DNA of 64,000 nucleotides from Malacoraja senta (lineage: Eukaryota): positions 375,100,001 to 375,164,000 of the forward strand of contig CM075977.1 in the NCBI GenBank assembly GCA_038087875.1, written 5' to 3'. A model generated the notes under the pieces. That model searched no databases. It was not told where the DNA came from and saw only the letters and a program-made list of their open reading frames with translations. Numbering within the stretch: position 1 is the stretch's first letter; every line of letters starts with the position of its first letter. Positions 25,435 through 38,077 of this stretch are shown here, piece by piece. The position numbers and the translations under genes are program-made.

Positions 25435-26008
25435 CTGAACAGAGAAACACAACGAGCCAAATCAAGAAGAGAAAGCCAGTTGGAAGATGCTAGCATCACT
25501 TTATTTTCTCAGTAGTAGGTCTCCGCTAAAGAGGCATGTTAAACACAAGCAGCCATTTGGAAAGGTTCTCTTCTTCCATGCAGACAGACAGGCGGCACTC
25601 AGCGCGCCTCTTGGCTGAGAACACAGGTTTTCATTTCAAACACAGCGTGACTGCAGGGATCCCTGCCTGCGCTACAAGGAATAGGATCATCTGCATAATC
25701 CTAACTTTAAATTAAATTAGAAATCAGTGATCATTGCACACAAATCTAAAAATCAGTTGTGATAAAACTGAAGAAGGGAAAGACGTGGGTGCACCATGGC
25801 ACATTTGGAAAAGTTTCTCCTGCTTTTTGTGAATTACCCATTACAAAATTGAGCCACTTGGACTAAAAAGCCGTGCGTTTGAGCCCAGTTAATTGAAACA
25901 AAGTAAAAATGGAAGAATTGTTACAGTGCAGAATGAGACTGTTCGGTCTGTAAAATCCAGGCCAACTCTCTGTAAAACAGCATTGCCTACTCTCTCCCTC
26001 TATCCTTA

Positions 26009-26325
26009 AGGGGCTGTCCCACTGTACGAGCTAATTCAAGAGTTCTCCCGAGTTTCCCCTGATTCGAACTCGGAGAATTACGGTAATAGCCGCTCGTAGG
26101 TACTCGGGGCTCTCGTGGACATTTTTCAACATGTTGAAAAATCTTCACGAGACTTCACGAGCTTACCGCGTTTCCCGAGTACCTGCCGTTAGCGTTACGA
26201 GCGGCTAAGAGACGTCCCGAGCTCCGACGTCCCCGCTACGTACATTCTACGTGCTTACCACGAGTTTGATTTATTTTTAAACTCGGGAGAGCTCTTGAAT
26301 TACCTCGTACAGTGGGACAGGCCCT
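26009..26325. mobile_element. PIF/Harbinger-type MITE, second family, copy 2
   Basis: Highly similar to 24330-24639 and in the same orientation. Flanks are TTA/TGA. Confidence 0.9.
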
Positions 26326-26800
26326 TGACAAACTATTTCCTTTCAGGCACTCATCCAGCTCCCTTCATAACCCACAATTGAACTGGCCTGCACTCCTATT
26401 CCAGACCTTCACTGGATATTATATTTAGCTTTTCATGTAGCTTTTCGAAGGAATCAAGGCAGGAATGGGAGCTATCCAGTTGATGAATCAAGAAAGGGGT
26501 TAAAAAAAAATAATAGCCAGAACTCCCACCCCTCTGCATTATTTAAGGAATAAAACAGGAAGCAAGTAACATAGAAACATACATAGAAACATAGAAATTA
26601 GGTGCAGGAGTAGGCCATTCGGCCCTTCGAGCCTGCACCGCCATTCAATATGATCATGGCTGATCATCCAACTCAGTATCCCGTACCTGCCTTCTCTCCA
26701 TAACATCTCCCAAGGTCTGACAATCACCAGACACTTTTCATCTGGAGCTGCAGTGTAGCCCACTGTGAAAACTACAATATCCCTAACACCCCTGCAAATC

Positions 26801-27022
26801 TTAGTGTAGAGATACAGCGTGGAAACAGGCCCTTCATCAAGCTAATTAACCTACAAACCTGTACGTCTGGAGTGTGGGAGGAAACCGAAGATCTTGGAGA
26901 AAACTCACGCAGGTCACGGAGAAAACATACAAACACTGTACAGACAGCACCCGTAGTCAGGATCGAACCCGGGTCTCTGGCGCTGTAAGGCAGTACCTCT
27001 ACTGCTACACCACCGTGCCGCC
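26801..27022 (-). mobile_element. HE1-like V-SINE (internally deleted)
   Basis: Minus strand GGCGGCACGGTGGTGTAGCAGTAGAGG...GGGTTCGATCCTG (A and B boxes) plus the V-domain. Confidence 0.85.
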
Positions 27023-27980
27023 ATCCCCACACAACACAATCCAGTGCCTTATGAAGGGGAAAAAATCTGAAAGGTTTTTGCAAAATATCTAAGCTCTGGC
27101 TAACTTCACCTTTACTCTTTGGTGTATCATTTACTCTCTGCCAAATATCAGACATTTATAAAGATGGAAACCAACATGGCTGACTGGTTTCACCAGCATG
27201 TTGCAAATTGAACTTAATTATCAACTCTGGCCACATGTCATAAAATTGATTTTGTCTAATCTAAAGTAATGGGTCAATATTTCCAGATCTATAAATATTA
27301 GTCGGGATCCTATAACGAACAACGGCCAGGCTCCACAATTGAAAGTCTTTGCAAAACAGGTTAAAAGTAAATAATTGGAAATAAGCCAGTAGACCTTAAT
27401 CCGTTTACAGTTCTCAGCTGCAAGTCCGGCTCAGAGGTAATGTTATTTTACTTATATAATACGATTATGTTCCTAAGCTTTACAAAACCAAACTACATTT
27501 GTTTTGAAGTACAAGAAGTAGAAGGAAGAAAAATCTTTGGCACTTGAGATGATGTTATATCCTCATTAGACCTCAGAATGAAATATCACCTTCTGCTAGG
27601 CATTGGCTGTTTGCACAGAGAAACCTCCTGGTGCTGAATTGGACAGTTCCCACACCACGGCAACAATATGACAGTTCCAAATAAGAATGTTATTTGATAA
27701 TTATGAAAAATTATGGTTTCTCAGTGTCCACTTTGTAAAAAATTGTTTTTGCTAACTAAAGCATCCATCTTAAGCAAGTTGCTTAAATTGATACAGATGT
27801 CCAAAAGATTGTTCATCCAGCTTTGGAATGTAAAACTTTAAAAGAAAATATGTAACTTGAAAAACTAATTTAAAAAATAAAACACTGAAAATATTAATTA
27901 AAAATGCATATCCTAAGGGCATGTTCATATATCGGATCGAGAATGAAACAAAAACCTGTTCATCAGACAACTGCTAAATC

Positions 27981-28248
27981 TTGACACAAAGTGCTGCAGT
28001 AACTCAGTGGGTCAGGCAGCACCTCTGGAGAACATGGATAGGTGATGTTGTGGGTCGGGACTCTTCTTCAGACTAATCTCCCGATCCATAATGTCATCAG
28101 CCTGAAGAAGGGTCCCAACATCACCTAACCATCGAAGGTCGAAACATCACCTAACCATGTTCTCCAGAGATGTTACCTAACCCACTGAGTTACTCCAGCA
28201 CTTTGTGTTTTTTTAAGCAAACCGGCATCTGCAGTTCCTTATATCTAT
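27981..28248. mobile_element. PLE-derived fold-back unit
   Basis: Inverted arms GACACAAAGTGCTG...CTTCAG / CTGAAGAAGGG...CAGCACTTTGTG. TSD aactKctaaatc at 27969-27980 / 28249-28260. Confidence 0.8.
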
Positions 28249-29137
28249 AACTTCTAAATCGTATGGAGTGACCAACTACCACCATTTGGTTGGAATCTTA
28301 CCATTGACCAAGGGTGGAGGAAGCAGCTTGCTGGCAACAGAAGCAGGAGTGCACATGTAGAGAGTTGATGGTAAGGGTGCTGGAGGCAGCAACAGTGGGA
28401 ACAAAGGCATTGCACCCCATCATATTCACCACCTCAACCAAGCTTATTCCTGTGCTTATGGGCAGCACACACTGGCACATTCAATTCTGTCTGCCATGTT
28501 GTCCATGTGGAGTTTGCTCTAAACACCTAAGTTCCATCCAAAAGACACGTGTCTATAACTTAATGGAACATAGGACAGTACAGCACAGGAACAGAACTCT
28601 TCTGCCCACAATGTCTGTGCCAAACATGATGCCTACTTAAACTAATCCTTTCTGCTCGCATATAATCCGTACGCTTTCATTTCCTGCAGATGCATGTGCC
28701 TATTGCCTATTAAAAGCCTCTTAATTACGTTAATTGACCACTGGCTGGTACAATTGTTAGAAATACAGGGTGAACAGACTATGATGTAAATTAGTGGAGG
28801 AATGTGATTGCTCTGTTAGACACCATTGGCGTGATGGTTCAAATTACCACCTTTTATATTGCAACAATGGAAATATGGAGGGATTGCCTCAGGTGCTTTT
28901 ATCACATGGCATAGAGTCAGGCTGATTTACCTAGAGTCACCAGTACTAATGGAAATCTTCCTCTTCACTAGACTGTATAGACCACTCCCCACCGGCATCA
29001 GGGAACTGGCCATGATATCGCACCGGGTGCAAACCTGCACCTCCCAGCTTTAAACACCGTTGCCCATAATGCTTGAGATTACAACTTCTATTTGCAGTCA
29101 CCAATTATTACTCTAACTCCTGCCCACAGATAACCTG

Positions 29138-29267
29138 TCTGAAGAAGGGTCCCGACCCAAAACGTCCCCCATTCTTTTCTCCGGAGATGCTGCCTGACAC
29201 GCTGACTTACTCCAGCACTTTGTGTCGATCTTTGGTATAAACCAGCATCTGCAGTTCCCTGTTTCTA
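29138..29267 (+). mobile_element. PLE-derived unit
   Basis: TCTGAAGAAGGGTCCCGACCCAAAACGTC...CAGCATCTGCAGTTCC. TSD cacagataac at 29125-29134 / 29268-29277. Confidence 0.8.
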
Positions 29268-30523
29268 CACAGATAACGTGCTATGGTTGGGGCCAAAACA
29301 AGCTCCTCCCACAAGGATGGCTAAACCAGACTTTTTTTTTTACGGGGTAGATGTTCTGAATGGATCATTTTAACAAGGTGGTTATGATGATATTGCAAAT
29401 ATTGTAGGATCGCAAAACTGTAAGGAAGCTATTGCCCAGAGATTAGATTTCTCCCATCTTTTGTGTGCAAAAATGAGCAGTACATTGTGTTGATACCAAA
29501 TCAAATATTGTCAAAAATAAAGACTCTAAATGGGGACATCGTTGCAGAAAGTAGTAGCTAATCCGTTTGGCTTCCATTTAAAGGGCATTCAAGCTGACCC
29601 ACGAGTTTAAGGACAGCACTTGTTTGAAGAGGTCACAGATCCTGCCTCACTGGTGACTGGAAATGGATCAGGGCAGTTAAAAGGAACTCTCTCTGTGATG
29701 GCTACACAGGTCGGCCCAGAAACGAAGGAAATTTAGGGAAGATAGTAAATACAGACTAAAGGGGAACCAAAGGCAACAGAAAACGGGGAAAAGGAGATGG
29801 AGAGAGTTAACCAATTTAGTAGATTCCCTGCCCTCCTCCTATTACCATGAAAGTGCAAGTCTATGTCATAATTTGGATGCACCAACATGTTTACTAGAGC
29901 TACAGAGGAAATCATCCAGTTCAAAGATGCTATGATCTTTACAGAGGAAAAAAAGTAGCATTAAGTCAGTATTAGGGAATTGGTGAAGATGAAAGCTACA
30001 TCCCAGCAGGAACCCAATGGTTCATAACTTTCTGCATGATCTACGTATTTATCTGTGAGTGAATAAGCAGGACGTTTTGATCTAATTTCTGTTGATCAAT
30101 CAGAAATATGTGCTTTGCATTTTTATGACATCATCAAAAGCATAAAGTAGGACAGGGAGATGGCAGGGAGATTACAGCATTAGGTTGAATAGCATCCTGA
30201 AGTGCCCAATCCAATTTCCCAGTTGGCAGGACTTCAACAGGAAATGGGCACAAAACTTCAAAACATTTTGCAAAAACAATTTACATATTAAAAAAGCAAA
30301 ATGGTTATTTTTCCGTATCCAATTTTTGGGCTTACTTTGTTCAAAGGTTCAATAAGTTCAAAGGCATTTTATTGTTATATGTGCCAATTAAGGTACTTAC
30401 TGTAAGTAAACTGCTTCCTACTTGTACTGATTGATTTAATGGTGCACAGAATTATAGGTACAGAATACACATTGTATCTGACAGCTAGCAACTGGCATGG
30501 TGTCTGGGAGAAGAAGCAACAGA

Positions 30524-30677
30524 AGGTAGACACTTTTCTGCAGTCTGAAGAAGGGTCTCGACCCGAAACGTCACCTATTGCTTTTCTCCAGAGATACTGC
30601 CTGCTCCGGTGAGTCACTCCAGCTTTTTTTGTGTCTACCTTCAGTTTAAAACCAGCATCTGCAGTTCCTTCCTACAC
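30524..30677 (+). mobile_element. PLE-derived unit with an intact hammerhead-like core
   Basis: TSD agaagaaRcaacaga at 30509-30523 / 30678-30692. Core at 30545-30572. Confidence 0.8.
30541..30580 (+). ncRNA. Minimal type I hammerhead-ribozyme-like motif (activity untested)
   Basis: CTGAAGA (30545-30551), an extra A, stem II GGGTC-TC-GACCC, GAAA, palindromic ACGT, and a GTC cleavage triplet. Stem I is weak in this copy. Confidence 0.55.
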
Positions 30678-30894
30678 AGAAGAAACAACAGATTGTGAGC
30701 TGCATAATTGAGTTGATGTCTAATTAACAAAAAGAGCCCTGGAAAAAAAAAGCAGATGGAAGAGTGGTCATCCAGTGATGAAAGATCATCAACTGGAACA
30801 TTATCTCTGGAGCTCACACTACAGATGCTGATTGGTCCACTGTGCATTTCCTGTGAAAATAGACCCTGATTATGTTGGCCACTCTCCCAAAGCA

Positions 30895-31260
30895 ACGGGA
30901 AGTGTAGATGGAATCGATGGTGAAGGTGGCTGATTTGTTCTTATGAACTGGGCAATATCCACAACTCTCCACAATTTCTTACAGTCTTGGGCAAAGCTGT
31001 TGCCAAAACAAGTTGTGATGTATCCAGATAAGATGCTTTCTATGGTGCATCTGTAGAAGTTGTTATTGATGACATGCTGAACTGCCCTAGTCCTCTGCAG
31101 AAGTATATGTATTGCAGCACTTTCTTGACCAGAATTTCAATGAGGTCAGTCCAGTACAAATTGTTGGTGATATTTACACCTTGGAACAAAGCTCTCGACC
31201 ATCTCGACTTCAGCCCCATTAATGTTGACTGGGATGTGTAGACTCTCTCGATTCCTAAAC
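30895..31260 (-). mobile_element. Old Rex1-type LINE RT remnant
   Basis: Colinear with the younger Rex piece at 48403-48857 (GCATCTGTAGAAGTT..., GCAGAAGTATATG...). Confidence 0.6.
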
Positions 31261-32791
31261 TTGGATCATATGCACAGCTACTTGAAAGTAGCAACACAAG
31301 TAGAGTGGTAAAGAAGACAAAGTGGGTATGCGGGGCATAGAGGGGTTAGCTTTAAGGTGAGAGGGGAAAAGTTTAAAGGAGTTGTGTGGGACAAGTTTGC
31401 ATTTGCACAGAGAGTGGTAGGTGCCCAAAACGCATGAGTGGAGGTGGAAGCTGATACAATAGTGGTGTTTAAGAGATTTTTAGATAGATATAGATATGCA
31501 GGGAATGGAGTGATATGAATCACGTGCAGGCAGAAGAGCTTAATTTGACTTGGTTCAATAGCTCAATGGTTCTGTATGATCACGTACCGAGGTACAGTGA
31601 AATTCTTTTCTGCGTACAAGTTCAGTAAATGATTACTATACACAAGCACAATTGCAGATTACGTAGAAAGTGTATAGAAATAGCCCACTGTGACCATAGG
31701 GCTTTGGTGCCATTTTCAGAGTCCAGGTTGCAGCTGGCATTAAAGGCCCGTTGTCCTGGCAGCGTTGCAGGGTCGGCCTGGCCAAACAAGGTCAGAAGCA
31801 TCCTCCAATGCTCCGTGCGGCTGCAGGTCGCATCAGTTCCATGCACTCAATCTTCTGGAGCGGCACCCGATCCAGTCGAGCCCAGGCAGCTGCAGGGCCT
31901 CCAGCCATCACCTCAATCTGGATCAGCCAGTGAACCATTGCCCCCTCTCCTCGCCCGGCCACTGTTCAGCCTTTGTGCTCCGGGGGATTATGTTCGGCAC
32001 ACACATTGTGGACTGAAGGGCCTGTTCTTGTGCTGCACTGTTCTATCTTCTATGGCCTCCACAACCTTTTCAAATAACAAGTTCCACAGGTTCACCGCTC
32101 TCTGAGCAAAGCAATATCTCCTCATGAGAAATGACCACCTTGTATAGGCCAAGGGGAAGATGGCAACAATAATATAGTCGGGCTTTTAGCAAAGTGGAGC
32201 GGAGAAGGAGATGGGATAAGTAGGGAAGAGCAATGAAAATGAAATAAAAAGTGAACTTAAAAGTGTGACAGTTTGAAAATCATGGAATCACACAGCACAG
32301 AAATGGGCCATTTGGCCCACAATATCCTTGCTGACCATTTTGCCCATTACACTACTCCATGTTATGTCCGTATCTTTCAATGCCTTGTCTAGTTAAGCTC
32401 CTGTCCAAATGTCTGCAAAGTGTAGCGATTGCATCTGATTTCACACCACCTTCTGGCGGCGAGTTCCCGAGGTTTAAATTAAACATCGAGCATGCAGCAT
32501 ATAAGTAACAGACAGATCAATTGAAGGTTTCTACATCCAGTCAGGTTTCATGTACTTAAATAACACTGCACTCCTACTTATCTGTGCAATTTAAAGACAC
32601 ACTACGGAAGAGATATGCATTCAACAGGACAGGTTAAGGATCCTTGAAAGAATTTACATTAGTACAACGGATGCCGTGACAGTCCTAGTTATACCTGAAG
32701 TTGAATAGTACACTTTGGATGATCGTCAAAGGAAAATGTCGTCACAAGGCTTTATCCATTAATTTGCCCTCAATGTCTGTGCCGAACATTA

Positions 32792-33579
32792 CAAAGGACA
32801 AAGGACAAAGGACATTTATCGTCATATACACCAATTGGTGTAGTGAAATTTGAGTTGCCATTTGCAGCACACCAATAAGAATAAAACACAACATTAAAGA
32901 ATTTAACATTAAACATTAAAACATCCCCCCACAATGGTTCCCACTGTGAGGGAAGGCAGCAAAGTCCAGTCCTCTTCCTCTTGTTCACCCATGGTCGGGC
33001 CTATTGAGGCCTCCGCAGTCGCCGCGACGGCGGCCCGTTGTTTCAGGCCCTCTCGCGCCAGGAGCTCTGGCGTCGGAAGAACACTCTCAGCGGCTTGGAG
33101 TGTCTGGAACGGCTGCTTCCTCCCCGGAGACCGCGGTTCCCGAAGTCCACAGGCCGCGCTGGTCGGAGCTCCAACACTGGCGATCTCGGCGAAAGATCCC
33201 AGGCTCCGCGGTGTTTAAAGTCAGCACCGCCCATGGCTGGAAGCGCCGCAGACCACAGCTCCACGATGTTGGAGTCGGCGGTCTCAGCACTCCGGAGCTT
33301 ACCACACGGCGACCCGGGTAAGGCATGGTGCTTCAGCGCTGTGTCGCTGCTGAAGCTGAAGTTCTGGCCGGTCCCAACAGGGAACGCTGCTCCAGTCCCA
33401 TTGGTAGGCCGCGAGGAAGGGGCGAAGATGCGGCTCGGAGGAAAGCAGCATCTCCGACCAGGTAGGGACTGAGAAATACAGTCCCCCCCCCCCCCCACAT
33501 AAAAAGACTAAACCTCCAAAACAAAAACTTTTAACACACTAAAAATAAAAAAGGGGTTAAGGGACGAACAGCTGCAAGC
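32792..33579 (-). mobile_element. CpG-rich non-autonomous retroposon, apparently near full length
   Basis: TSD CATTA (32787-32791 / 33580-33584) inside a CR1 tail. It has a (TCCTTTG)n tail, the shared core, a T-rich 5' head and no coding frame. Confidence 0.75.
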
Positions 33580-34030
33580 CATTATGCCAAGATAAATTAA
33601 TCAAATCTGCTCATACAGATCCATATCCCTTCATTTACTGCATCTCCATGTGCCTATCTAAAAGCCTTGTGCACCTGCCTCCACCACTATCCCTGGCATT
33701 GCGGAACTCTACCTGGGAATTTAGCCCAATGTGTCTCTTTGAACACCTTATATCTGGAGAAGTGAAAGGCCTGGATAGAGTGAATGTGAAAAGGATGTTT
33801 CCACTAGTTCAGTTCGGTTTATTGGGAGAGTCTATGACCAGAGGACATTGGCTCAGAATAGAAGGGTGGTGAATCTGTGGAATTTATTGTCACAGACAGC
33901 TGTGGAGGCCAAGTCAATGGATATTTTTGGATATTTTTAGGGCACAGATTGACAGGTTCTTGATTAGTTAGGGTATCAGAGGTTATGACGAGAAGGCAGG
34001 TGAATGGGATTGAGAAGGAAAGAGATCAGC

Positions 34031-35003
34031 CTTTTTTTGTGACATTTTTCAAGCAGGATTTCATCAAATCCTTAGGCTAATTCATACCAGAAAGATTACA
34101 TTAATTTTGCAATTAAATAATTCTATATTAAGCCAAATTCTGATTGCGCTTATGATTTTTTAAAATCATTTATCACCCGATTAGATGGCCGTTTTTATAT
34201 TTATTGTTTCCTTTATTATTGTTTATATTTTGTGTTTAGCTTTCCATTGAAATACTTAATGATGAACAGAACTGTTTTTTGACGTCGTCAATGCTAGAAA
34301 GTTTTTTTTTTACACTCGTCGCAATTTAAAAAAAATTCAAACAACGCGATTGTAATGACCCTGACGTGAACTACGGGCCTTGTGATGGGTTACGTGCCTA
34401 TATTTTGTAAGGGAGCTTAGAAATCAGTACAAGGGGACAGTGTCCCAGTAATCACATTGTAGGCACGCTGTGCTCTGAACAACACTGTGTTCACTTTATT
34501 TTGCTTGATAAAAATGTTTTTCGTTCTTTTCTTGTAAATGTTGCTTCTTGTTTACTATCGAAATATTTAAATTCCATTAAACTTTCATTACTTGGTGCCA
34601 TGTTGTTGTAAAGTGTGTGCACTGTAGTGAAGGGAATCGAAAGTGAACTGGTTCCAGATAACGCCATGTCTTGTTGAAAGTATATCCCTGTCTACACAGA
34701 TGCTTTGGTTCCGGGCTAATTTGAGTAAATTAACATTGAATTCAATGAAAGGTTACTATATTAGTTCTCATTTATGTATGTATATATATATATAAAACAA
34801 AATTTTTAATTATAAATAATTTTCTTTTCTCGTTTTTTTTTCAAATTCTGAAAGTATTACATTTTTGTCCATTTTTGGTCGATTTTTATCACAAATTAGC
34901 TCAAAAGGATCATAGGTAGGCCCATTTTTAATGTTGTGGTATTTCGTTATAATTTAATAACTTTCAAATTTGGCCACCCATGTCACAGGTTGGTACCCTT
35001 CCT
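34031..35003. mobile_element. Probable AT-rich non-autonomous DNA transposon, left end damaged
   Basis: An abrupt AT-rich block that cuts a CR1 tail. TGTGACAT (34038) is the inverse of ATGTCACA (34980). The right end reads ...GGTACCCTTCCT-TA. Confidence 0.4.
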
Positions 35004-36385
35004 TATTGACGGAAACACCCACATACTCCTGTAGATCCTTTCAATGGTGGGGATGTCAGTATCCGTGATAGACAGCGCAGTGTTCATCACTTTGTGCAAT
35101 CTTCTTCATCCTGGGCATTATATATTTATAAATAAATATATAAATATACACTCTTGACTTTCAACCTTCCCACAGATACTGGCAAATTATTAAAATCCAT
35201 TGAATCAAATAACAGCACGAAAGAACTTCCAACAACAAACAACATTGCATTATAAGGACATTCATAAGCGAGTTGCACGTCAAGGGTTTCCTGGGTTAAC
35301 GTTTTTTTTCTCACCTAAATACTAAAGTTCATAAGTTATCGGAGCAGAAATCGGCCATTCAGCCCATCAAGTCTACTCCACCATTCATTCATTGCTGATT
35401 TATCTCTCCCTCTCAAGCCCATAATCCCTGACACCCATAGTAACCAAGAATCTATCTATGTTAATACAATCCTTCCCGGGATCATTCTCGTAAGAACCTT
35501 CTCTGGACCCTCTCCAATGCTGCCACTTCCTTCCTCAGATACGGGGCTCAAAACTGCTCACAATACTTCAAATGCATTCTGACCAGTGCCTTATAAATCC
35601 TCAGCATTACATCCCTGTAGAAAGTACAAAGTTGACATTGTTATTCTGCATGAATGGCTCACCTTGTGTTTAAAAATCCTTTGTATCTGCTACAATGGAG
35701 CCTTAAGGTGGGTTGCCTTGAAACTGTTTAAATAATTTTTAACATCATTTTTCTTCCTTCAGAAAATGAAAACAATAAGGTTTCTGCAGCTGCACGATTT
35801 GACCATTTGCATTCCTTCAAGCCTTTTTGTTCTCAAACTCCACATAAAACTATAATCTATGTCTTTGGGTGAAACCGAGATATTTATTTAGCCTTTTAAT
35901 AGAAGTCAAAGAGAACTATTCAGCTTTATTTACGCCCTCCTGACACGTTATTTATCATAATGATGGATACAGCAATTTAATTCACTGCTGGAACTGGAAT
36001 ATACAAGTCTGCCAGGAACAGAACAATTACCGAAATCCAGTTCAACCCTTGAACAATCTCCGGTTTCAGGCTGCATCTACAAAGCTAGAACAGCTGTAAC
36101 TTTCATGGGGTACGCAAATCCACGCAGACAGTACACGAGGTCAGGATTGAACCAGAGTCAGCAAAGCTTTGAGGCGACTGCTCTGCCAACTCCACCTCGC
36201 ACTCCCTGGCTGCCACAGCAAATTTCAAATTCACATCTCTGGGTCAATGATTCAGATGTCCAGTTACAGGTCTAACTATGTGACCATCGTGTTAATCCAA
36301 CCCATGTATATTGTGAAGCATAAAGTAAAGCAATTGTTATTGAGCAGAACACAAAGTATTAGAATAACTAATTAGAAGAACGAGA

Positions 36386-36827
36386 TTGATCCCTGGGATG
36401 GCGGGACTGTCATATGAGGTAAGATTCAAAAGACTAGGCTTGTATTCACTGGAGTTTAGAAGGATGAGGGGGAGTCTTATAGAAACATATAAAATTATAA
36501 AAGGACTGGACAAGCTAGATACAGGAAAAATGTTTGGCGTGTCCAGAACCAGGGGCCACAGTCAAGAATAAAGGGGAAGCCATTTAAGACTGAGGTAAGA
36601 AATAACTTTTTCACCCAGAGAGTTGTGAATTTGTGGAATTCCCTACCACAGAGGGCAGTGGAGGCCAAGTCACTGGATGGATTTAAGAGAGAGTTAGATA
36701 GAGCTCTAGGGGCTAGTGGAATCAAGGGATATGGGGAGAAGGCAGGCACGGGTTATTGATTGGGGACGATCGAAGGGTCGAATGACCTCCTCCTGTACCT
36801 ATTTTCTATGTTTCTCTGTTTCTATGT
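36386..36827 (+). mobile_element. CR1 (HER1-like) LINE 3' end
   Basis: IPGMAGLSYEVRFKRLGLYSLEFRRMRG..IETYKIIKG, followed by a (TTTCTATG)n tail. Confidence 0.9.
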
Positions 36828-37344
36828 AACTCAGCAGGTTCGGTAGCATCTGTGGAGAGAATGGAGAAGCAATGTTTTGGGTCAGGGCTTGCGGATCAGA
36901 CTCGAGTCTGAAGAAGTGTTCTGACCCGAGACATTGTCTGCTCATTCCCTCCACAGATGCTGCCTGACCTGCTGAGTTCATCCAACATTGTGTTCTGCTC
37001 AAGATTACAGCATCTGCATTTCCTTGTGTCTCAAATACTACTGTTCAAGATTACTTTGCATTAAAAATATCCTTGCTATGTTTAAGAAAAGTTGCAGGAT
37101 TTAGTTTGATTAATGCAGCTGAAAATTTGGTTTATGAAGAGAATAGAGTTACCAAAGCCTCAGATTTGATTACTTCAAAACACAGTCTAACATGCAACAG
37201 TGGCCTCTGCCCTCCTATATGCATCTGTAGCATGGACCATCTTCAGCAGTTTCCTCCACTCATGCACACTCCTCGAAACCCTTCTAATTCATTGGAAGTA
37301 TAAGTGAACTAACATCACTCTTCTTCCACACCAATATACCAGCA

Positions 37345-37777
37345 TTAGTTTAGTTTATTATTGTCCCATGTACCGAGATACAGTGAAAAGCTTTTTTGCT
37401 TTATGCTATCCAGTCAGCAAAAAGATAACACATGATTACAATTAAGCCGTCCACAGTGTACAGATACATGATAAAGGGTTTAGCGTTTAGTGCAAGATGA
37501 AGTCCAGTAAAGTCCAATTAAAGATAGTTTGAAGGCCTCCAAAGATGCAGATGGGTGGTCAGGACCACTCTCTAGTTGGCGAGAGGACAGTTCAGTTGCC
37601 TGATAACAGCTGGGAAGAAACTATCCTTGAATTTGGAGGTATGCATTTTCAAACTTCTCATGGGAGAGGGAAGAAGAGGGAGTGGTGTGGTTAAGACTGG
37701 TCACACCCTCTTCTCCCCTCGCCAATCAGGCAAGAGGTACTGAAGTTTGAAAAGGCATACTTCCAGATTGAGGACCA
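37345..37777 (-). mobile_element. Rex1-type 3' end with an inverted 5' segment
   Basis: Minus strand over 37345-37700. Positions 37700-37777 are an inverted copy of about 37625-37700. Confidence 0.7.
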
Positions 37778-38077
37778 AATTAAATTTGGCCAGTTATACG
37801 GTAGCCAATCGCACACCACATAGTTTACACACCTGATATCAGGCTTCTGAAACAAGCCTCCTATTGCCAGCTTCGTCTTGGGAAGAAGTTAGCAGGTGTG
37901 AGAGAAAAATGTTCAAGGGTGCGGTCAAAGCTGCTCATAAAATATACTCACTTGGATAACAGTGAGAAGAAAAATGGTGAAAAAGATGTATGGCATGCCA
38001 CTTGGCCAGCACAGATAAGTTGGGATGATGGGGCTGTTTCTGTGCTGCGTAACTTTATGATTCTATGAATCCCCACT

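Noticed and set aside
32934-33498. Multiple long ORFs (also at 62671-63186, 9773-10241 and 31629-32105)
   Set aside because: These are GC-rich non-coding retroposon bodies, open in many frames, with no frame conserved between copies.
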